Shown: piece by piece, positions 1-9,623 of the stretch
Layout of the letters: every line of letters begins with the position of its first letter
Position numbering within the stretch: the stretch's first letter is position 1
Source: Candidatus Latescibacterota bacterium
GTDB lineage: Bacteria > Latescibacterota > UBA2968 > UBA8231
Assembly (NCBI GenBank): GCA_965217585.1
Contig: OZ244561.1
Coordinates: 1,536,001-1,600,000, forward strand
DNA: 64,000 bases
Direction: 5' to 3'
The notes under the pieces: generated by a model
What the model was told of the DNA's origin: nothing
The model's input: only the letters and a program-made list of their open reading frames with translations
The model's database searches: none
Position numbers and translations under genes: made by a program

Positions 1-197
1 TGGGGGCTCAGTTTCGAGTTCTCGTGGTACAATTCGGCCACATGCGGCTTTGGTCTGACTTGTCGGTAGAGGTAATCCGAAGCCGCCGAGTGGCTCAGAT
101 CAATGCTGTGAGGAGAAGGTATAATCGGCGATTCCAGAAACATCTGGATGTGCTCCAAGAGGGGGTCTGGAGCGGTACGAAGAGATTCGACAGTCAT
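1..197 (-). CDS. SagB/ThcOx-like azoline dehydrogenase, N-terminal part (runs off the window edge)
   Basis: Manual translation of the minus strand from ATG 197 (GGAG SD upstream) gives MTVESLRTAPDPLLEHIQMFLESPIIPSPHSIDLSHSAASDYLYRQVRPKPHVAELYHENSKLSP, open to base 1. The ELYHENSK motif resembles the N-terminus of SagB-family proteins, and the gene lies directly downstream of the ThiF-like gene. Confidence 0.6.
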   Translation of the reverse strand, partial: MTVESLRTAPDPLLEHIQMFLESPIIPSPHSIDLSHSAASDYLYRQVRPKPHVAELYHENSKLSP

Positions 198-276
198 TTT
201 GCACTCCGTTCGGTAGTGTTATATCAGATTGACGAGACGCGCTTTGCTCTAGTCAGTCGCTACTTTTGCAAGAGGT

Positions 277-1389
277 TTAGAGAAACATGTGTCTATACCC
301 GTTGCGCATGTCAACAGATGTGGGAGACCTAGGTAGTTTCAGGATTTCTTCGTAATCGACATAGGGTTTTTCAAAATTAATGCGAAGGCATCGGCCTATC
401 AGGGAAGATTTTCCAGATAAAAGAAAAGACGAGGTGGTGCCTGCCACAAAACCGGCGGCTATGCTAGCGTAGGGTGGGAACGCAAATTGATGGCTGTAAA
501 GGCCATTCTTGCTCATTTCTTCTTTATAGGTATAGTACTCGCTGCGCTGGATGGACAAAGTAGCTTCCGATTGGATTTCGAATTCATTGTAGCAGCACGT
601 TTCTCCAGGTACATAAATAGGGCCGATGCAGGATTCACTGCCGTCTATAAATGCGGACATCCACGGTTTTTCGGCAGAAAGTGCAGCGAGATCGACGGTG
701 TGAAAGAGATGAGATGAGAACACTTCGGAGGTGGCGACGACGAAGTCTGAAGCACTAAACAGGCTTTCTAAGGCGTCTTGATTATGATAAGGTTCTTTGA
801 TCGCCTTGAGACTATCGTAACCGAGTTCTGACAGATGCGATCCCAGGCACTCGACATAAGGTCGTCCCTTTTCTATATAAGTCGGGGGCAGGTTAAACTG
901 AGCCTGATCAACCGTCGTGTTCTCGATACGTCGGTCATCTAGAATTTGCATCTGGCCGATCCCAACTTTTACGAGTTCTTCCGCCACGCGACTGCCGAGA
1001 TAACCGGCACCTACGATGCCAATGCAGATGTTGTCGAATGCCTGGTTTCCGCCTACGACGGCATTCAAATAGCTTACGATAGGGCTTTCATCGGCCTGGG
1101 AGAGAAACCCTTGTGAGGCCAGAGTAGCGAGGAGTTCTTCTGCATCTTCAAACTCTTCTTCCCCAATCACTTTTTGCTCTTGGAGATCTTGCAGGGAAGC
1201 TGGAGACGCCAGACGACGAAGTACCCGACCCAGAAGGTGGGTTCTTCCCTCATCGCGGATCGTTTGGTTGAATTTGGATCTCATACCGTGCAGCACTAAG
1301 ATCTCGTCTTCGCCACAAAAAATGAACTTGAGTGAGGGATTGAGTACGAAGTGATGTTCAGTAACAATAGGTTCGGTCTTGGTTCCCAT
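277..1389 (-). CDS. TOMM/LAP cyclodehydratase partner (RRE + ThiF/E1-like, leader-peptide-binding protein)
   Basis: Start re-called at MGTKTE (AGAGG SD). N-terminal ~90-aa RRE-like region, Rossmann motif GIVGAGYLGS, and the GPIYVPGETCC motif typical of ocin-ThiF/SagC proteins. Confidence 0.8.
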   Translation of the reverse strand: MGTKTEPIVTEHHFVLNPSLKFIFCGEDEILVLHGMRSKFNQTIRDEGRTHLLGRVLRRLASPASLQDLQEQKVIGEEEFEDAEELLATLASQGFLSQADESPIVSYLNAVVGGNQAFDNICIGIVGAGYLGSRVAEELVKVGIGQMQILDDRRIENTTVDQAQFNLPPTYIEKGRPYVECLGSHLSELGYDSLKAIKEPYHNQDALESLFSASDFVVATSEVFSSHLFHTVDLAALSAEKPWMSAFIDGSESCIGPIYVPGETCCYNEFEIQSEATLSIQRSEYYTYKEEMSKNGLYSHQFAFPPYASIAAGFVAGTTSSFLLSGKSSLIGRCLRINFEKPYVDYEEILKLPRSPTSVDMRNGYRHMFL

Positions 1390-1503
1390 GGATATCCTCT
1401 TTTTTGGTTTTTGTGATTTAGCCGACAATAGTTGATCGCGAACTAATGATACAACGTACACGGTATAAATCAGGGCATTCAATTCATCTCAAGTAGTTAA
1501 GTA

Positions 1504-1642
1504 CCTGCCCGCATCAGGCACAGACTGCTACGGGCAGGGCAATGCTGAATACCGTTTGGGCTCAAAATAGCCTCAGCCGTGATAAGATGCTACTACGATG
1601 ATGTGCAATGGTAGCTCTTATCTTTTACCCAAACAGTGTTCA
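1504..1642 (-). promoter_or_regulatory. Structured 3' UTR/intergenic RNA between precursor and enzyme genes
   Basis: Nested inverted repeats 1546-1560/1628-1642 and 1581-1593/1611-1622, followed by a GC-rich hairpin 1504-1513/1529-1538. Confidence 0.55.
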
Positions 1643-1649
1643 ATAGGAC

Positions 1650-1763
1650 TCACATGAGAGGTATGATGAGGCAGCAATTGCAGTTGCAGCAGCAGCCGCC
1701 ACCGCCTCTCTTTGCCGGCGACATATAGCCATCAAAAGGCTTAGATACGATTGTGAGCTTCAT
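1650..1763 (-). CDS. Cys-rich RiPP precursor peptide (37 aa), streptolysin S-like architecture
   Basis: MKLTIVSKPFDGYMSPAKRGGGGCCCNCNCCLIIPLM. AAAGGAGA SD lies 7 nt upstream of ATG 1763. Gly run followed by 6 Cys in 8 residues; gene sits upstream of the ThiF-like and SagB-like genes. Confidence 0.8.
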   Translation of the reverse strand: MKLTIVSKPFDGYMSPAKRGGGGCCCNCNCCLIIPLM

Positions 1764-1830
1764 CTTGCATTCTCCTTTGTTAAGAGTCAGCCATTTGTTT
1801 TGTAGCCGGTTGAAATGCGACACAGCAGCA

Positions 1831-1865
1831 ATGGAAGCAACAGCCGGCCGCTCTGTTGCTTCCAT
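1831..1865. repeat. Perfect 13-bp inverted repeat upstream of the precursor gene
   Basis: ATGGAAGCAACAG (1831-1843) / CTGTTGCTTCCAT (1853-1865), 9-nt loop. Confidence 0.8.
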
Positions 1866-2140
1866 GTTTTAGATACTGCTGATGGTTTGAAGCACGACTG
1901 AGGCCTCAGCGGGAACAAAAGCGAAAGACGTGCCAAGAAGCACGCCAGATAAACTAAGCCGTCGCTGGTATTCGCTAAGTCCCTGCAATTAGGCAGTTTA
2001 TCAACATAGACGGATTGTGGCCGCAGCCTCGGCTCCAAGCGGGCGATAAGCCTGGACGTATCGCCTCCGCAACACCACCGTTGCCCAAGAGATACAGAAA
2101 AAGCAGCTAAGGAACCGCTGCTGCCCGCACCCGCATTTGA

Positions 2141-2169
2141 TTGACAACTGCATTTATGTTCACTATATT
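2141..2169 (+). promoter_or_regulatory. sigma70-type promoter upstream of parE
   Basis: TTGACA (2141-2146), 17-nt spacer, TATATT (2164-2169). Confidence 0.65.
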
Positions 2170-2339
2170 GAAAAGACGGAGAATTTCTTAAATTAGCAGT
2201 CGCACCAAGGAGAGCGGCCCCCCTTCCTGCTCTCCTCCGATGCCCCTGCTTTTTTCCTGCATTTTAAGCGCTCCCATTTGTCCGCCAGCCGCCTACCTCC
2301 CCCACTGAGGCATCGCGGCACTTCTACTATAGACCACTT

Positions 2340-4172
2340 ATGGAAGCAATGGCTAAGACTCTGACCAACGGCCACGCCAACGGCAAGGCCACGTACGACG
2401 AAAGCAAGATCAAAACCCTCTCTTCGCTCGAGCACATCCGCCTGCGGACCGGCATGTACATCGGCCGCCTCGGCTCGGGCACCGATCCCGACGACGGCAT
2501 CTACATATTGCTCAAAGAGGTCGTCGACAATGCAGTCGATGAGTTCATCATGGGCTGTGGCAAGCAGATCGATGTCGAGATCGACCAAGGGCTAGTCCGA
2601 GTCCGCGACTACGGCCGCGGCATTCCCCTCGGCAAATTAGTCGAGTGCGTCTCGGTCATCAACACCGGAGCCAAATACAACGACGACGTCTTCCAGTTCA
2701 GCGTGGGGCTCAACGGCGTCGGCACCAAAGCCGTCAACGCGCTTTCGGCCCACTTCGTTGTCCGCTCCTACCGAGACGGCCGGTGCGCCGAAGTGCTCTT
2801 TGAGCGTGGCGAGCTGAAAAAGCAAAAGAAAAGCCGAGCGCCCAATGCGCCCGACGGCACGTACGTCGAGTTTTCGCCCGATCCGGTCATCTTCGGCGAA
2901 TACGCCTTCAACCACGAGTTCGTCGAGCGCCGGATGTGGAACTACGCCTGCCTCAACCGAGGTCTGCGCCTGTACTTCAACCGCCAAAAATTCGAGTCCA
3001 AACAGGGCCTGCTCGACCTCCTCAAAAGCGAGGCCGGCAGCTCGGTTCTCTACCCGCCCGCTTACCACAAAGGCCAGTACCTCGAATTTGCCTTCACCCA
3101 CGTCGATAGCTACGGAGAGTCCTATCGCTCTTTTGTCAACGGCCAGTACACGGCCGACGGCGGTACCCACCAGAGCGCGTTCCGCGAGGGCGTGCTCAAG
3201 GGCGTCAACGAATTTTACAAGAAAACCTTCAACGGCGTCGATGTCCGCGACGGAGCCTTTGGCGTCGTCTCCGTCAAGGTCAAGGAACCGGTTTTCGAGT
3301 CGCAGACCAAAAACAAGCTGGGCAATACCGACATCCGTGGCTGGATCGTCAACGAGACCCGCGAGGCCATCGTCGACTTCCTCCACAAAAACCGGGAGAC
3401 CGCGCAAAAGCTCGAAGCGCGTATCGTCCACAACGAAAAGCTGCGCAAGGAGCTAAACGCGGTTAAAAAGGAAGCCAAGGAAGCCGCTCGCCGCATCGAG
3501 ATCAAAATTCCCCAGCTCAAGGACTGCAAGTACCACAAAGGCGACAAGAAGCGCGGCGAGGAATCGACGATCTTCCTCGCCGAGGGGCAGTCGGCCGCTG
3601 GCTCGATCGTCTCCTCGCGCGACCCGGAGACCCAAGCCATCTTCACCCTCAAAGGCATGCCGCAAAACCTCTTTGGCAAAACCCGCGCCTCCATCTACAA
3701 AAACGAAGAGCTCTATAATATGATGATGGCTCTCGGGATCGAAGAAGACATCGACAACTTGCGCTACAACCAAGTCGTCATGGCTACCGACGCGGATGTT
3801 GACGGCTTCCACATCCGCAATATCCTGATGACCTTCTTCCTCACCTATTTCGAAGAGCTAATCACCTCGGGCCATGTCTATATACTCGAGACGCCGCTCT
3901 TTCGGGTCCGCAACAAACAAGAGACCCACTACTGCTACAATGAGCGCGAGCGCCAACGCGCCGCAAAGAAGCTCAAGGGTACCGCGGAAATCACCCGCTT
4001 CAAGGGCCTTGGCGAGATTTCCCCCAGGGAGTTTGGACAGTTTATCAACGGCGACATGCGGCTGGTCAAAGTCGGCGTCCGCTCACTTGCCACCGTCCCC
4101 GAAACCCTCTCCTTCTACATGGGCAAGAACACCCCCGACCGCCGCGACTACATTATGGAGCATCTAGTCTAA
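2340..4172 (+). CDS. parE: DNA topoisomerase IV subunit B (type IIA topoisomerase B subunit)
   Basis: EHIRLRTGMYIG, EVVDNAVDE, GLNGVGTKAVNALS GHKL motifs; TOPRIM motifs AEGQSA and DADVDG; RFKGLGEI. Alternative start at 2349. Confidence 0.9.
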   Translation: MEAMAKTLTNGHANGKATYDESKIKTLSSLEHIRLRTGMYIGRLGSGTDPDDGIYILLKEVVDNAVDEFIMGCGKQIDVEIDQGLVRVRDYGRGIPLGKLVECVSVINTGAKYNDDVFQFSVGLNGVGTKAVNALSAHFVVRSYRDGRCAEVLFERGELKKQKKSRAPNAPDGTYVEFSPDPVIFGEYAFNHEFVERRMWNYACLNRGLRLYFNRQKFESKQGLLDLLKSEAGSSVLYPPAYHKGQYLEFAFTHVDSYGESYRSFVNGQYTADGGTHQSAFREGVLKGVNEFYKKTFNGVDVRDGAFGVVSVKVKEPVFESQTKNKLGNTDIRGWIVNETREAIVDFLHKNRETAQKLEARIVHNEKLRKELNAVKKEAKEAARRIEIKIPQLKDCKYHKGDKKRGEESTIFLAEGQSAAGSIVSSRDPETQAIFTLKGMPQNLFGKTRASIYKNEELYNMMMALGIEEDIDNLRYNQVVMATDADVDGFHIRNILMTFFLTYFEELITSGHVYILETPLFRVRNKQETHYCYNERERQRAAKKLKGTAEITRFKGLGEISPREFGQFINGDMRLVKVGVRSLATVPETLSFYMGKNTPDRRDYIMEHLV

Positions 4173-6061
4173 TGGCCTATATCGACAGTCTCTACGACAA
4201 CTACTTCCTCGAATACGCCTCCTACTACATCAAAGACCGCGCGATTCCGCACATCGACGACGGACTTAAACCCGTCCAGCGCCGCATCCTCTACGCCCTA
4301 CAGCAGATTGACGACGGCAAGTTCCACAAGGTCGCCAATGTAGTCGGCCAAACCATGCAGTACCACCCGCACGGCGACCAGTCGATCTACGGTGCCTTAG
4401 TCGTCCTCGCAAACAAGGACCTTTTTATCGAGAAACAGGGCAATTTCGGCAATATCCACACGGGAGACGACGCCGCTGCCGCGCGCTACATCGAGTGCCG
4501 CCTCACGCCCTTGGCCAAGGAAACCCTCTTCAACAAATCGCTTACCTCATACGTTTCCTCTTACGACGGACGCAACGAGGAGCCTGTGGTTTTTCCCGCC
4601 AAGCTCCCGGTGCTCCTAGCCCAAGGGGCCGAGGGCATTGCCGTCGGCATGGCTACCAAGATATTGTCGCACAACCTCATCGAGCTCCTAGAAGCCCAAG
4701 TCGCTTACCTACAGGATCGGCCCTTTACCATTCGCCCGGATTTTCCCACCGGCGGGCTTGCCGACCTCTCGGCGTACAACGACGGCAATGGCAAAGTCTT
4801 AGTCCGCGCCCGGCTCGACACCTCCGACCCCAAGCGCATCGTCATCCGCGAGATTCCCTTTGGCACCACCACCGAACAACTCATTGGTTCCATAGAAGAC
4901 GCCGCACGCAAAAACAAAATCAAGATCGGCACCATCTCCGACTACACCGCCGAAAAAGTCGAAATCGAGATTAAGCTGCCGCGCGGCACCTATACCGAGG
5001 AGGTCGTGGATGCACTCTACGCCTTCACCGACTGCGAGCTGTCTATTTCGGCCAACCTGATGCTGATCAACGAGCATGATCGCCCCCAAGTCAGGAGCGC
5101 CACTGAAGTTCTGCAGCACAACGTCGATCGCCTCGTCGATATCCTCAAGGCCGAGCTCCATCTCGAAGCCGAGCAACTCAACGACAGGCTTCACGCCAAG
5201 ACCCTAGAACAGATTTTTATCGAAAACCGCATCTATAAGGCCATTGAGGAGCAGACCTCCACGGCCGAAGTCGACTTGGCAGTGCGCACCGGGCTTTGGC
5301 CTTTTGCCCCTCAGCTCAAACGCGATATCACCGACGACGATATCGAGACCCTGCTCAAGATCCCGATCCGCCGCATCTCGCGCTACGACATCAATCGCGC
5401 TCAAGAAGAGATGAAGGAGATCCGCGCCCGGCTGCGCCAGATCAAGAAGCATCTGGATAGCATTATCCCCTATGCCATCGCCTTTATCGAGGGTCTCGTC
5501 GACAAATACCGCGACCAATTCCCGCGCCGCACCGAAATCGTGGAAATCAAAAGAGTCGATGCGCGCTCGGCGGCCAACCGCAACCTCAAGCTCTGCTACG
5601 ACAAAAAGACCGGCTATCTCGGCCACCAAATCAACGGCACCTTCCTCTTCGACGTGTCGCTCTACGACTCTGTGCTCGCCATCCGCAAGGACGGCACCTA
5701 CTCGGTCATCCAAGTGCCGGACAAACTCTTCGTCGGCAAGGGCTTGCTCCACTGCGGCTTGGTGGACAAAGACCTAATTTTCAGCATCGTCTATAAGGAC
5801 AAGGCCGGTATCTCCTACATCAAGCGTTGCACAATTGACAAGTTCATCTTAGGCCGCAGCTACGATCTCGTGCCCGCCGAGTGCAAGCTGCTCAAGCTGA
5901 CCACCGACCCCGACAAAAAGATCGCTCTCGACTACAAGCCCAAGCCGCGCCTCCGCAAGCTCAACGAGGTCTTCCCCATCGGCCAATATCCCGTGCGCGG
6001 GCTCCGCGCCGGCGGCATCCGCCTGAGTACCAAAGAATTGGAAGGCTGCAAGCTGCTGTGA
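4172..6061 (+). CDS. parC: DNA topoisomerase IV subunit A
   Basis: [25 protein letters not shown] and AAARYIE (catalytic Tyr); TAATG coupling to parE. Confidence 0.9.
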   Translation: MAYIDSLYDNYFLEYASYYIKDRAIPHIDDGLKPVQRRILYALQQIDDGKFHKVANVVGQTMQYHPHGDQSIYGALVVLANKDLFIEKQGNFGNIHTGDDAAAARYIECRLTPLAKETLFNKSLTSYVSSYDGRNEEPVVFPAKLPVLLAQGAEGIAVGMATKILSHNLIELLEAQVAYLQDRPFTIRPDFPTGGLADLSAYNDGNGKVLVRARLDTSDPKRIVIREIPFGTTTEQLIGSIEDAARKNKIKIGTISDYTAEKVEIEIKLPRGTYTEEVVDALYAFTDCELSISANLMLINEHDRPQVRSATEVLQHNVDRLVDILKAELHLEAEQLNDRLHAKTLEQIFIENRIYKAIEEQTSTAEVDLAVRTGLWPFAPQLKRDITDDDIETLLKIPIRRISRYDINRAQEEMKEIRARLRQIKKHLDSIIPYAIAFIEGLVDKYRDQFPRRTEIVEIKRVDARSAANRNLKLCYDKKTGYLGHQINGTFLFDVSLYDSVLAIRKDGTYSVIQVPDKLFVGKGLLHCGLVDKDLIFSIVYKDKAGISYIKRCTIDKFILGRSYDLVPAECKLLKLTTDPDKKIALDYKPKPRLRKLNEVFPIGQYPVRGLRAGGIRLSTKELEGCKLL

Positions 6062-6107
6062 GTGCAAGGTCCAGCTGGAATACGAGCGCCCGCGCCCGGC
6101 CTAATGG

Positions 6108-6752
6108 CTATCCAAGCCCGGCCAGCCACTCGCGCATCGCGCCTGGGTCCTCTTTGAACATCAGCGAGCCAGGGACGATATAGTCGGCACCGGCTCGCGC
6201 GATCTGCGGCACGGTGTGGCGGCGAATCCCGCCATCGGCCTCCACCACTGTCGCCAAGCCGCGCCGGTCGATCTCGTCTCTAGCCCGGCGGATCCTGTCG
6301 GGTGCCTGCGGGTCCATATCGGCTCCCTTGATCCCAGCAGCCGTATTCATCAGCGTCAACACATCCAATAACGGCCAACAGGGATCGAGTAGGTCGAGAT
6401 CCTCTTCCAGCAAGAGCGAGACCCCAGCCTGAAGTCCCCTTGCCTTGATCGCCTCCAGCACGGCACCCGGATCAGCGGCCGAGTCAAAGCAGAAAATGAT
6501 GGCGTCGGCACCCGCCTCGGCAAAGGGGTTGATCCACGCGGCCGGGTCGGTGGTCATCAGGTGCATTTCAAAGGGTAGGTCCGTATGCGGCCGCAGTGCC
6601 GCCACCAGATCTGGGAAGAACAGCATAGTCGGCGCATAATGGCCATCGGCCACGTCGAGATGGAAGCGCTCCGAATAGGGTGCGACGCGCCGGATATCAG
6701 CCGCGAGATTGGCCAAGTCGGCCGACCACAGGGAAGTCGCGCACTTGAGCAT
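6108..6752 (-). CDS. rpe: Ribulose-phosphate 3-epimerase family protein
   Basis: SLWSAD, FHLDVADGHY, EMHLM and ADGGI motifs; start re-called at MLKC. Confidence 0.8.
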   Translation of the reverse strand: MLKCATSLWSADLANLAADIRRVAPYSERFHLDVADGHYAPTMLFFPDLVAALRPHTDLPFEMHLMTTDPAAWINPFAEAGADAIIFCFDSAADPGAVLEAIKARGLQAGVSLLLEEDLDLLDPCWPLLDVLTLMNTAAGIKGADMDPQAPDRIRRARDEIDRRGLATVVEADGGIRRHTVPQIARAGADYIVPGSLMFKEDPGAMREWLAGLG

Positions 6753-6890
6753 TGTGGACCTCTGCAAATAAGTGGACGGGATAGAGGCGGCCAATATAGG
6801 GAGACCATCGTTTAGTGACCAATTTGCCTTTGTGCCAGAAGGCGCTGTTCTTTTTACCCGGCACTTACATCACAGCAAGGAAAACGCCCA

Positions 6891-8714
6891 ATGACCAATA
6901 CCCCTACAGCCATGGACTGGGACCTGACGAGCTATTTCGCTGAATTTGATGGCCCGGCCATGCAGCAATTCAAGGATGAACTGCAAAGAGATCTTGCGGC
7001 GGCACGTCAGCAAGCTGCCGCCCTAGCACCGCTCGCCGAGGACAATGCCGACGCTTGGGAGTCCATACTCCTCCTGACGGAAGGCCTGATCGACCGCCTC
7101 TCCCATCTGGGTTCCTATCTCGGTTGCCTTACTGCGGCGGACGCCCGCAATGAAGACTACGCCCGCGAGGAGGCGGCCTTTGCCCTGCTGGCGGCCGAGA
7201 GCGCAAAGCTCGATGTCGAACTCCTGCGTGCGCTCAAGGACGTCTCGGATGAATTTTTTGCCAAGTTCGCCCAACGGCCCGCCTTGGCCGACTGCATCCA
7301 CTTCCTCCACCGCCAGCGCGAAGACGCGCAGCGCACCATGAGCCCAGAGAAGGAGATGCTCTCTGCCGACCTCAGCGTCGATGGTCTCCACGCTTGGGGA
7401 CGCCTCTACGACTCGATCTCCGGCAAGCTCGAATTCGACATGGAATTTCCCGATGGTCGCACCGAGCGTCGCCCCATCTCGCAGCGCCGCGCCCTGATGG
7501 AAGACCCTGACCGCCGGGTCCGCCAAGCCGCCTTCGATGGCGGCAACCGGGCCTGGGAGAGCCTAGAAGATGTCGCCTGTGCCGCGCTCAACGCCATTTC
7601 GGGGACGCGGCTGACCCTCAACCATCATCGCGGCATTGATCACTTTCTCGATGTCGCCCTCTTCCAGGCATCGATTTCACCCAAGACCCTCGACGCGATG
7701 TTTGCGGCTATCGCCGAGCAAATCGAGCTGCCCCGACGCATCCTCGCCCTCAAGGCGCAGCTCATGGGCACCGAGGGCGTCGCTTGGTACGATCTGGGCG
7801 CACCGCTGCCGCTGCCCGACCAAGGGCAGCTTTCTTGGGAAGAGGGCACGGACCTCGTCACCCGCTCCTTTGCAGCGGCCTATCCACGCCTAGGCGAGTT
7901 CCTCGGCCAAGTCTGCGAACGCCAATGGATTGAGCACGCGCCCCGCCCTGGCAAGCGGCCCGGTGCCTTTTGCACTGGCTCGCTGTTGACCCGCGAGTCC
8001 CGCGTCTATATGACCTACAACGACACCCTCGGCGATGTCCTCACGCTCGCCCACGAGGTCGGCCATGCCTTCCACAGCTACATCATGCGCGACCTACGCA
8101 CCTACGCCCACTTCTACCCGATGACTCTGGCCGAGTCGGCCTCGACCTTCGGCGAAATGATCCTCACCGAGGGCATCCTCGCCGACTCTTCCTTCAGCCC
8201 GGCCCAAAAGGCCAGCGCCCTCCACCAAGAGATTGGCCACGGTGCGATCTTCCTGCTCGACATCCCCGTGCGCTACCAGTTCGAGAAAAAGCTCTACGAA
8301 GAACGCGCCGACGGCGAACTCACCGTCAGCCGTCTCAAAGAGCTAATGGTCGAAACCCAGCGCGAAGTCTTCGGCGACGCGCTCGCACAGGGGGGTGAAG
8401 ACCCCTACTTCTGGGCCTCGAAACTCCACTTCTATATCACCGGCGTGACTTTCTACAACTTCCCTTACACCTTCGGCTTCCTACTCAGCCGCGGCCTGTA
8501 TTCCATGTTTAAACAAGAAGGGGCTGCCTTTCTTCCCCGCTACGAGGAATTCCTCCGCCTCACCGGCAGTGACACCGCCGAGGGCGTCGCCCGCCGGGCC
8601 TTGGGCCGCGACCTCGAAGATACCCAGTTCTGGACCGAGGCCATCCAGACTTTGGAAGCTCCGCTGGCCGAGTTAGAGAAATTGCTACCCGAGGTGCTGC
8701 CTGAGCATTCGTAA
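6891..8714 (+). CDS. pepF: M3B oligoendopeptidase F
   Basis: WDLT N-terminus, GKRPGAFC, TLAHEVGH zinc motif, AESAS, FYNFPYTFG. Confidence 0.9.
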   Translation: MTNTPTAMDWDLTSYFAEFDGPAMQQFKDELQRDLAAARQQAAALAPLAEDNADAWESILLLTEGLIDRLSHLGSYLGCLTAADARNEDYAREEAAFALLAAESAKLDVELLRALKDVSDEFFAKFAQRPALADCIHFLHRQREDAQRTMSPEKEMLSADLSVDGLHAWGRLYDSISGKLEFDMEFPDGRTERRPISQRRALMEDPDRRVRQAAFDGGNRAWESLEDVACAALNAISGTRLTLNHHRGIDHFLDVALFQASISPKTLDAMFAAIAEQIELPRRILALKAQLMGTEGVAWYDLGAPLPLPDQGQLSWEEGTDLVTRSFAAAYPRLGEFLGQVCERQWIEHAPRPGKRPGAFCTGSLLTRESRVYMTYNDTLGDVLTLAHEVGHAFHSYIMRDLRTYAHFYPMTLAESASTFGEMILTEGILADSSFSPAQKASALHQEIGHGAIFLLDIPVRYQFEKKLYEERADGELTVSRLKELMVETQREVFGDALAQGGEDPYFWASKLHFYITGVTFYNFPYTFGFLLSRGLYSMFKQEGAAFLPRYEEFLRLTGSDTAEGVARRALGRDLEDTQFWTEAIQTLEAPLAELEKLLPEVLPEHS

Positions 8715-8781
8715 GAAGCTGTCTACAAGCATTCAGTACAGACTCTTTTAGCTCCGGCCACCACAGCCGCAAAGGATCCTC

Positions 8782-9537
8782 ATGTTGCGCTTACTTCTAG
8801 TCTTCTTCTTTTGCATCGGCCTAGCCCACGCCGCCGACAACCCTCCGTCCCCCGGCTTCAATGCCGCCGATTCCGATCCCAAGGCTATAGCCCTAGCCGA
8901 CGAAGTCATGGCTGCGATGGGCGGCCGCGCCAACTGGGACGCCACTCGCTACATCACTTGGCGCTTTTTCGGTTTCCGCTTACATGTGTGGGACAAGTGG
9001 ACGGGGGACATTCGCTTCGAGCAAGGCGACCTGACGGTGCTGATGAACATCCACACTAAAGAGGGCCGCGCCTTCGCCGCTGGTGCGGAAATAAGCGATC
9101 CCGACACCCTTGCCGCCAAACTCGACCACGGCTACCGCGCCTGGATCAACGACTCGTACTGGCTGGTCATGCCCTACAAGCTCAAGGACACCGGCGTCAC
9201 CCTGCGCTACCGGGGCCTAGAAGCCACCCAAGACGACCACCCAGCCGAAGTACTGGAACTCACGTTCAAAGACGTCGGCGTCACCCCGCAGAACAAATAC
9301 GCGGTCTGGATCGACCAAGAATCGCGGCTAGTGACCCAATGGGCGTTCTACCGCGACGCCGCTGACGCCGAACCGCGCTTTACCGGCCCTTGGGCCAACT
9401 GGCAACGCCACGGATCGATTTTGCTCTCCGACGGTCGCGGCGAGCGCCAGCACACCGATGTCGCGGTCTTCGACGAACTGCCGCGCTCGGTCTTCACAAG
9501 CCCGGCACCTGCCGCATTACCCTTGCCTTCCGAGTAG
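8782..9537 (+). CDS. Secreted hypothetical protein
   Basis: N-terminal signal peptide; AMGG..W and WINDSYWLVMPYKL motifs; codon usage matches the neighbouring genes. Confidence 0.75.
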   Translation: MLRLLLVFFFCIGLAHAADNPPSPGFNAADSDPKAIALADEVMAAMGGRANWDATRYITWRFFGFRLHVWDKWTGDIRFEQGDLTVLMNIHTKEGRAFAAGAEISDPDTLAAKLDHGYRAWINDSYWLVMPYKLKDTGVTLRYRGLEATQDDHPAEVLELTFKDVGVTPQNKYAVWIDQESRLVTQWAFYRDAADAEPRFTGPWANWQRHGSILLSDGRGERQHTDVAVFDELPRSVFTSPAPAALPLPSE

Positions 9538-9570
9538 TAGGTACCGCTAGACCAATACAATCAACACCAT

Positions 9571-9604
9571 AAAAAAAGCCGACCCAGCTATTGGGTCGGC
9601 TTTT
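9571..9604. terminator. Bidirectional intrinsic terminator
   Basis: AAAAGCCGACCCA-gctat-TGGGTCGGCTTTT between convergent genes. Confidence 0.85.
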
Positions 9605-9623
9605 GCATTGAGGCGCGTTCAGT

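Noticed and set aside
24-332. 102-aa plus-strand ORF
   Set aside because: Antisense to the SagB-like and ThiF-like genes; no recognisable motif.
1650-1865. 71-aa version of the precursor ORF
   Set aside because: The upstream ATG lies inside the 13-bp hairpin and has no SD; ATG 1763 has AAAGGAGA at ideal spacing.
2193-6183. Many long alternative-frame and antisense ORFs over parE/parC (and likewise over most genes in the window)
   Set aside because: Expected shadow ORFs in GC-rich DNA; they overlap well-supported genes and have no family motifs.
8712-8750. GAAGCTGTCT after the pepF stop, resembling the MITE TIR
   Set aside because: The match is short and the partner end is poor; cannot be distinguished from chance.
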